Shown: positions 59,276 through 64,000 of the stretch, piece by piece
Layout: every line of letters begins with the position of its first letter
Position numbering within the stretch: position 1 is the first letter of the stretch
Program-made: the position numbers and the translations under genes
The notes under the pieces: generated by a model
Told to the model about the DNA's origin: nothing
Databases searched by the model: none
What the model saw: the letters and a program-made list of their open reading frames with translations, nothing else
Assembly: GCA_035368605.1 (NCBI GenBank)
Contig: DAOSLF010000007.1
Location: forward strand, 13,747 to 77,746
Direction of reading: 5' to 3'
Source of the DNA: Candidatus Omnitrophota bacterium
Lineage (GTDB): Bacteria; Omnitrophota; Omnitrophia; Omnitrophales; Aquincolibacteriaceae
DNA: 64,000 nucleotides

Positions 59276-59916
59276 TCAATCCGGAAGACCTGGGCCTCCC
59301 CCGGCTTCCGGGCAAGGATGGCACGATAATAGCCGAGATTGGTGCCCAGTAAAATACCGAAACGAAAAAATCGATCTCCTCCCCGCCGCGGAGGACCGTG
59401 ATCCTGCGTTTGCGTTCCCCCTCGACCCTGGGAAAAAACTGAAAAGATTAGCGGGCATCACCTGCGTGCCGTCGATCTTCATGAGGACATCCCCGTTCCG
59501 GAGACCCCGTTCGGCCACGAGGCCTTCCCGGTCCTCACCCGCAATCGTGAAGGATGAATCCTTCTCGACAATCCCGGTATCGAGCGCGCAGAACCCCTGG
59601 GACGAGAACGGCGGAGCCTTGGCCCATGTCTTGTATTCTTTCTTGTAGAGCGGGAAGGTCACAGTCTGGATATATTCCTGTTCCTTGTTTGCGACCGCAA
59701 GCTTGATCTTTTCAGCCTTCAGGACCTCCAGGGTCGAATCCCAAACGTCGTCGAAGCTCCCGGGACCATGGGAAAGGAGCGGCCTTCCAACTTGGATGAG
59801 AAAACGGAAAAACCGGCGTAGAACATAAAAACAAAAAACAGGCGGCCCGCGAGAAACAGCCTGCTTTTTTTCAAACCAGATCCGTGCGGCAAGGGATTAC
59901 CGCTCGAGCGATTCAC
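59276..59916 (-). pseudogene. membrane-anchored PDZ-domain protein disrupted by a frameshift at an A/T homopolymer tract
   Basis: The N-terminal ORF (MNRSS...LFFVFMFYAG, TM-like) and the PDZ-containing ORF (...GIVEKDSSFTIAGEDREGLVAERGLRNGDVLMKIDGTQV...) are in different frames. The PDZ frame is open upstream of its nominal start but lacks an ATG. The frame switch coincides with aacataaaaacaaaaaacag at about 59821..59840. Confidence 0.35.
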
Positions 59917-60280
59917 CTTTCATCGCCATTTCCGGACCGACCGGCGCTTTCACGTAAGCGTCCGTCGCCGACCAGAGGTGGTTGAAGATCAGAATACCGA
60001 TCCCGGCCCAGATCACGGGATAGCCGACAAGGGTCCCGACAAGGATCGTGGTGAGGGCGCCGCCGATCTCGAGCGCGATCATCGTGCCGGTCTTGATCTT
60101 GCCACCCCTTGTTTTCATTTCGCCGTTCAGGTACTGCCCCCATCCCGGCAGCAGCAGGGACGCCGCGCCACGCGTGAGGCTCGTTTCGCCTTTATCCTGC
60201 CCGGACGCCGCATGGGCCACGCCGCTCGAAAGCGTCGCAACGGTCGAAACCAACAATATTGCGATCAGTTTCTTTAGCAT
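59897..60280 (-). CDS. hypothetical membrane protein with signal peptide and PGWGQYLNGE motif
   Basis: MLKKLIAILLVSTVATLSSGVAHA signal peptide, a PGWGQYLNGE motif, and two or three TMs. It is a paralog of 58735..59196. Confidence 0.45.
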   Translation of the reverse strand: MLKKLIAILLVSTVATLSSGVAHAASGQDKGETSLTRGAASLLLPGWGQYLNGEMKTRGGKIKTGTMIALEIGGALTTILVGTLVGYPVIWAGIGILIFNHLWSATDAYVKAPVGPEMAMKGESLER

Positions 60281-60374
60281 GGATTGCCTCCCTGACATCG
60301 ATGACAAAAAACAACATGTCCTTATCGGACGGGCACCCCTGTTCGACCGCGCGGGTTGAACAGGATGAACCGGG

Positions 60375-62324
60375 TTATTGGGACGATGTCAGACTGAACG
60401 TGAACCCGGCCTTGACCTTCCCGATCAGCTCCGGAAGGACCTCCCGGTAATCGCGAACGACGCCAAAATCGGCGTGCCGGAAGATTGCGGCGTTCGGGTC
60501 CTGATTGATTGCGATGATCTTTCCCGACTCCTTCATGCCCGCGAGGTGCTGAATCGCCCCCGAGATTGCGACCGCGAGATAAATCTTCGGCCGGATCGTT
60601 TTCCCCGTCTGCCCGATCTGGCGGGCGTACGGCGCGTAACCATTGTCGACCGCGTGGCGGCTCGCGCCCCAGTCGGCGTTAATCCCTTTTTCCCGCAGGG
60701 CCGTGACAAGTTCCCTTATCAGCTTGAAATCATCCTGGTCCCCCGCCGGACGTCCTCCCGAGATCACAATATCCGCCACGAAAAGGTTGTCCCCGCCTCC
60801 CGACTCGCGTTTTGTCTCGAGGACCTCAACCGCAAAATCACTGTCCCCGAACACGGGTTTGAACTCGGTAACGGTCCCCTTGCGTTTTGAATCCCGGGGC
60901 AGGATCTCGAACGTCCCGGCCCGAGCGGTCGCCATCTGCGGGCACCAGAAACCGATGATCGTCGCAAGCTTGCTCTCGCCGTAGGTTGGACGGATCGAAT
61001 GAAGGACGGGATAAAAAACGGATTTTTTCACGCGGTGGACGTATTCGCCCACCTCGAGGCTCGTGCAGTCGGCCGTCACGCCTGCCCGCACGCGGCTCGC
61101 GAGACGCGGCGCGAGTTCACGGCCGGAAGTCGTCGCGCCGAAAAGCGCGATCTCGGGCCTCTCTTTTTCGATGATCTGCGCGAGAGCCGCCGCCGTCGGG
61201 AGGATCGTGTACTCCCTGAGCCTCGGGTCATCAACGACGACCACTTCATCGGCGCCGTATTCGATCACTTCCTGCGCAGCCACCTTGATATTGTGCCCGA
61301 CCATCACGGAACGCACCTTCGTGCCGAGATGGTCAGCGAGCTTGCGGGCCTGGCTCAGGATCTCGAGCGAAGAACGGGCGGGTGTCTGCCCGTACATCTC
61401 GACCCAGGTCATCACACCGCGAGCGCCGTTACGAAAATCGACGCGCGGGAATCCGGGATCCACCTTTGCCTCCGCGGCTTCTTTGGGACCGACGGCCGGA
61501 GCGGCATCCGCGTGCCCACCCGCGATCCGGTCCCTGGCCTTCTCGATCTCAGCGGCAAGACCATCCGCGATCTCCGGGTTCGTGCGCCCCGAGATCATGT
61601 TGACGGGCGGCCGGTTCTTCTGGATATCCACGACCTTCGCGACAAGCGTCGGAGAACCGGTCAGGCCCACCACGCTGACATCCGCGCCGGTCTGATCGAG
61701 CGTCCAGACCTCCACTTTTGCGCTTCGCGCGCGGATCGCTCCTTCGAGTGAAGGACGGCGGGCCGGCGTCGCGGTCGGCGCGATCGAAATAAGACACGGA
61801 ACAGGAAGGCGGAGGGTCTGGTTCCCGCCTTCGATAATGCGGCGGACCTTGACGTGATCCCCCTGGAACTCGACCTTCTCGACAAAGGTGGCCTGCGGGA
61901 TGCCGAGGTTCTCGGCGGTCTGCGAGGGAACATGCGCGGTATCCCCGTCCGTGGTCTGTCGTCCCGAAAAAATGACATACGGACCTGTGAGATCGAGCTT
62001 CTTGATCAGGGAGGAGATCGCGTATCCCGTCGCGAACGTGTCCGAGCCGCCGAGTTTACGGTCGGAAAGAAGGATCGCCCGGTCATAGCCCATCGCGAGC
62101 GCCTTTTTGAGGGACTGCTCGAAGCTCGTCGGTCCCATCGCGATTACGATCAACTCCGCATCCGGAACGTGTTTCTTCAACTGGAGTCCCTGCTCGAGCC
62201 CGAACGCGCAGTCGGCGTTGATCATGGACTTCGCCTTCGTCCGGTCCATGAGGCCGTCCGCGCCCATCCGCATCTCGGTCGGCAGCGGTACCTGTTTCAT
62301 TAAACTGATAATTTTCAAACCCAT
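60375..62324 (-). CDS. etfBA: electron transfer flavoprotein, fused beta-alpha subunits (EtfB-EtfA single polypeptide)
   Basis: The N-terminal ~260 aa are EtfB-like (MGLKIISLMKQVP...). A ~60-aa Ala/Glu-rich linker follows. The C-terminal ~330 aa are EtfA-like, including the FAD-binding region (...DWGASRHAVDNGYAPYARQIGQTGKTIRPKIYLAVAISGAIQHLAGM...). It is one continuous frame. I trimmed the start from the 761-aa ORF to MGLKII. Confidence 0.75.
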   Translation of the reverse strand: MGLKIISLMKQVPLPTEMRMGADGLMDRTKAKSMINADCAFGLEQGLQLKKHVPDAELIVIAMGPTSFEQSLKKALAMGYDRAILLSDRKLGGSDTFATGYAISSLIKKLDLTGPYVIFSGRQTTDGDTAHVPSQTAENLGIPQATFVEKVEFQGDHVKVRRIIEGGNQTLRLPVPCLISIAPTATPARRPSLEGAIRARSAKVEVWTLDQTGADVSVVGLTGSPTLVAKVVDIQKNRPPVNMISGRTNPEIADGLAAEIEKARDRIAGGHADAAPAVGPKEAAEAKVDPGFPRVDFRNGARGVMTWVEMYGQTPARSSLEILSQARKLADHLGTKVRSVMVGHNIKVAAQEVIEYGADEVVVVDDPRLREYTILPTAAALAQIIEKERPEIALFGATTSGRELAPRLASRVRAGVTADCTSLEVGEYVHRVKKSVFYPVLHSIRPTYGESKLATIIGFWCPQMATARAGTFEILPRDSKRKGTVTEFKPVFGDSDFAVEVLETKRESGGGDNLFVADIVISGGRPAGDQDDFKLIRELVTALREKGINADWGASRHAVDNGYAPYARQIGQTGKTIRPKIYLAVAISGAIQHLAGMKESGKIIAINQDPNAAIFRHADFGVVRDYREVLPELIGKVKAGFTFSLTSSQ

Positions 62325-62407
62325 AGATTCCTTATTGAATACGGCGTACGAGGCAGGGAGTACGGAGAACAAAGAGTTTTTCGCCGCGCACCGTGCTCCA
62401 TACCCGT

Positions 62408-64000
62408 CTACAGATCGTCGTACTCCGGTCCGTCTCCGCCGTACGGCACCGCCCATTCGACGTTCCCGAACGGGTCCTTGACGTCGCAGGTCTTGCAATG
62501 CACGCAGTTCGCGGGATGAAGATGAATGTCCTTCTGGCCCGTCTTCGGGTCCGTAACGATCTCGTAGACCTCCGCCGGGCAGAAATGCTGGCACGGTCCG
62601 CCGTATTTCGGGATGCAAACCTCCCGGCAAAGCTTGGGGTCGAGGACGTGGCAATGACACGGTTGTTCCTCGTCATGCTTCGTTCCCGAATAGAAAACGT
62701 CCGTCACTTTGTCAAAAGTGAGCTTTTTATCGAACGTAAGGTCCTTCCCGTGCTTCTTGTTGAACGGACAGTTCACGTCCTTGAGAGGCGTGTAGCAGGC
62801 GGCGTCTTCGTGGATCTTCATCTTGCCCGACAGCGCGATCCCGCGCCCGCCCGTCACGATCTGCGCCGCAAAATGGAACGCCCCGGGGACCATCCCGTTC
62901 GCGAACCCCGCCCGGAAATTCCGGACCCGGTAAAGGTCCCGGTAAGCCGCGCTTTTTTTGAAAATTTCCTCATAAAGCTTGAGGGAAGCTGACGAAAAGT
63001 CATTCTTCCTCAAAGCTTCGAGAGCCGTCTTCGCCGCGAACATCCCGGAAGCGATCGCGAGGTGGACGCCTTTCAGGCTGGGCATGCTGAGGAACCCGGC
63101 CGAGTCGCCGACGATCATGACCGAATCATGATAAAGCCCGGGGAGCGAGTAGAGACCGCCTTCCGGGATCGTCTTCGCGCCGTATTTCAGGAGGCGGCCT
63201 TTTTCAAGAATCTTCGCGATAAAGGGATGTTTTTTATAGAGCTGGAACGCGGCGTGCGGGTCGAACGTCGGGTCCTTGTAATCGAGCGCCGCCGCGATCC
63301 CGACCGCAACCGTGCGATCCGTCATGCCGTAAAGGAACCCGCCGCCGAAGTGATTAAACCCGAACGGGTGGCCAAGCGTGTGGATCACGCGTCCCGCCCC
63401 GAATGTTCCTTCGGGAATCTCCCAGAGCTCCTTTACGCCGGTCGAATAGACCTGCGGGTTGAACCCTTCCAGTCCGTGCTTGCGGATGAATTTTTTCGTG
63501 AGGAAGCCCCGGGGACCTTCGGCAAGGATGACCAGTTTCGCATGGACCTTCGTGCCGGGCTGGTAATTTTCCATCGCTTTTCCGTGCTTGTCGACGCCCG
63601 TGTCGATCATCTTAGCGCCGATCACCCGCCCGTTCTCATAAAGAAGTTCATCGACCGAGAACCCCGTATGGACCTGGATACCTTTTTTCTCCGCGACATC
63701 GCCAAGATACCTGGCGATCTTCCCCGCGGACGCAACAAAGTTCCCCTTATTCGACATGAACGGAGGCGTGAACGGCATCCTGAGGGCCGCATTCGGAAGA
63801 AAATGGTAAAACTCGTCTCTGGTAACAGCCGATTCGAACGGGAGGTTTTTGTCTTCAACCCCGGGGAGAAGTTCGCGAAGCGTTGAAGGGTTCACCACAG
63901 CTCCGGAAAGTGAATGGCTCCCGAGCGAGGTCCCTTTTTCGACCAAAAGAACATTCAGCGGCTGCTTTTCCGCAGCGGTTTCGTTGTGTTTGGCGATCAG
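62408..64000 (-). CDS. electron transfer flavoprotein-ubiquinone oxidoreductase (ETF-QO, FixC-like with C-terminal 4Fe-4S ferredoxin domain); N-terminus beyond window end
   Basis: UQ-binding and FAD-domain similarity, plus a C-terminal CPAEVY...CVHCKTCD ferredoxin-like 4Fe-4S motif. The N-terminal GxGxxG is not within the window, so the gene is truncated by the window edge. Confidence 0.8.
   Translation of the reverse strand: MIAKHNETAAEKQPLNVLLVEKGTSLGSHSLSGAVVNPSTLRELLPGVEDKNLPFESAVTRDEFYHFLPNAALRMPFTPPFMSNKGNFVASAGKIARYLGDVAEKKGIQVHTGFSVDELLYENGRVIGAKMIDTGVDKHGKAMENYQPGTKVHAKLVILAEGPRGFLTKKFIRKHGLEGFNPQVYSTGVKELWEIPEGTFGAGRVIHTLGHPFGFNHFGGGFLYGMTDRTVAVGIAAALDYKDPTFDPHAAFQLYKKHPFIAKILEKGRLLKYGAKTIPEGGLYSLPGLYHDSVMIVGDSAGFLSMPSLKGVHLAIASGMFAAKTALEALRKNDFSSASLKLYEEIFKKSAAYRDLYRVRNFRAGFANGMVPGAFHFAAQIVTGGRGIALSGKMKIHEDAACYTPLKDVNCPFNKKHGKDLTFDKKLTFDKVTDVFYSGTKHDEEQPCHCHVLDPKLCREVCIPKYGGPCQHFCPAEVYEIVTDPKTGQKDIHLHPANCVHCKTCDVKDPFGNVEWAVPYGGDGPEYDDL

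Noticed and set aside
59276-59662. PDZ ORF as an intact independent gene starting at the track's start codon
   Set aside because: The track start is a GTG inside a frame that is open for another ~50 codons upstream without an ATG. The plausible N-terminal anchor is in a different frame, so it was called a frameshifted gene instead.
60375-62660. 761-aa ORF as annotated in the track
   Set aside because: The first 112 aa (MSLPRPRPQALPGG..., Arg/Pro-rich) have no Etf similarity. The conserved EtfB N-terminus starts at MGLKIISLMKQVP, so the start was moved to 62324.
1-64000. CRISPR array / cas genes in connection with the Cas4-like nuclease
   Set aside because: I scanned by eye for short direct repeats with regular spacers and found none. 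The only tandem repeat is the in-frame 108-bp coding repeat at 15940..16230. No cas1, cas2 or effector genes are present.
1-64000. Mobile elements (transposase, integrase, phage or conjugation genes)
   Set aside because: No ORF shows DDE transposase, tyrosine or serine recombinase, or phage structural motifs. The tRNA is not followed by an integrase.

Overview
High-GC (about 62 percent) bacterial chromosomal segment, densely packed with about 75 protein-coding genes, almost all on the minus strand. I found one tRNA (CAU anticodon) and no rRNA, CRISPR array, transposase, integrase or phage genes. The content is mostly core housekeeping; the recognisable blocks, in coordinate order, are:
- efp.
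- cdaA-cdaR.
- yebC-ruvC-ruvA-ruvB.
- tilS-ftsH-folP.
- pdxJ.
- nnr.
- An Rrf2-led sulfur amino acid cluster, metY-cysK-metX-metW, plus queF.
- rluB-trmB-rlmD.
- folB.
- hldD.
- pilT.
- Malic enzyme.
- thrH.
- thiD.
- Fused etfBA with ETF-QO.

Accessory or unusual content worth a second look:
- A trehalose and osmoprotection island (treS-otsB-otsA-mscS, with malQ at the far end of the window). Its OtsA carries an N-terminal two-TM periplasmic sensor plus HAMP-like module.
- A single-polypeptide EtfB-EtfA fusion.
- An orphan TpsB (ShlB/FhaC) transporter next to a LemA-TPM-TPM cassette and a prepilin-like gene.
- A standalone Cas4-like Fe-S PD-(D/E)XK nuclease in a small cluster of hypothetical, cupin and radical SAM genes.
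- The tRNA-CAU abutting tilS.
- A lipoprotein with a 108-bp tandem repeat.
- A frameshifted PntA/alanine-dehydrogenase N-terminal remnant.
- A frameshifted PDZ membrane protein at an A/T homopolymer, flanked by two paralogous small membrane proteins.
- A two-gene operon of a 53-aa coiled-coil ORF plus a lysine-rich protein with a CxxC-x17-CxxC zinc finger.

No obviously novel multi-gene defense or mobile system is evident. Many long plus-strand ORFs in the track are antisense artifacts of high GC. Several ORF-track entries carry spurious N-terminal extensions, which I trimmed to conserved starts.
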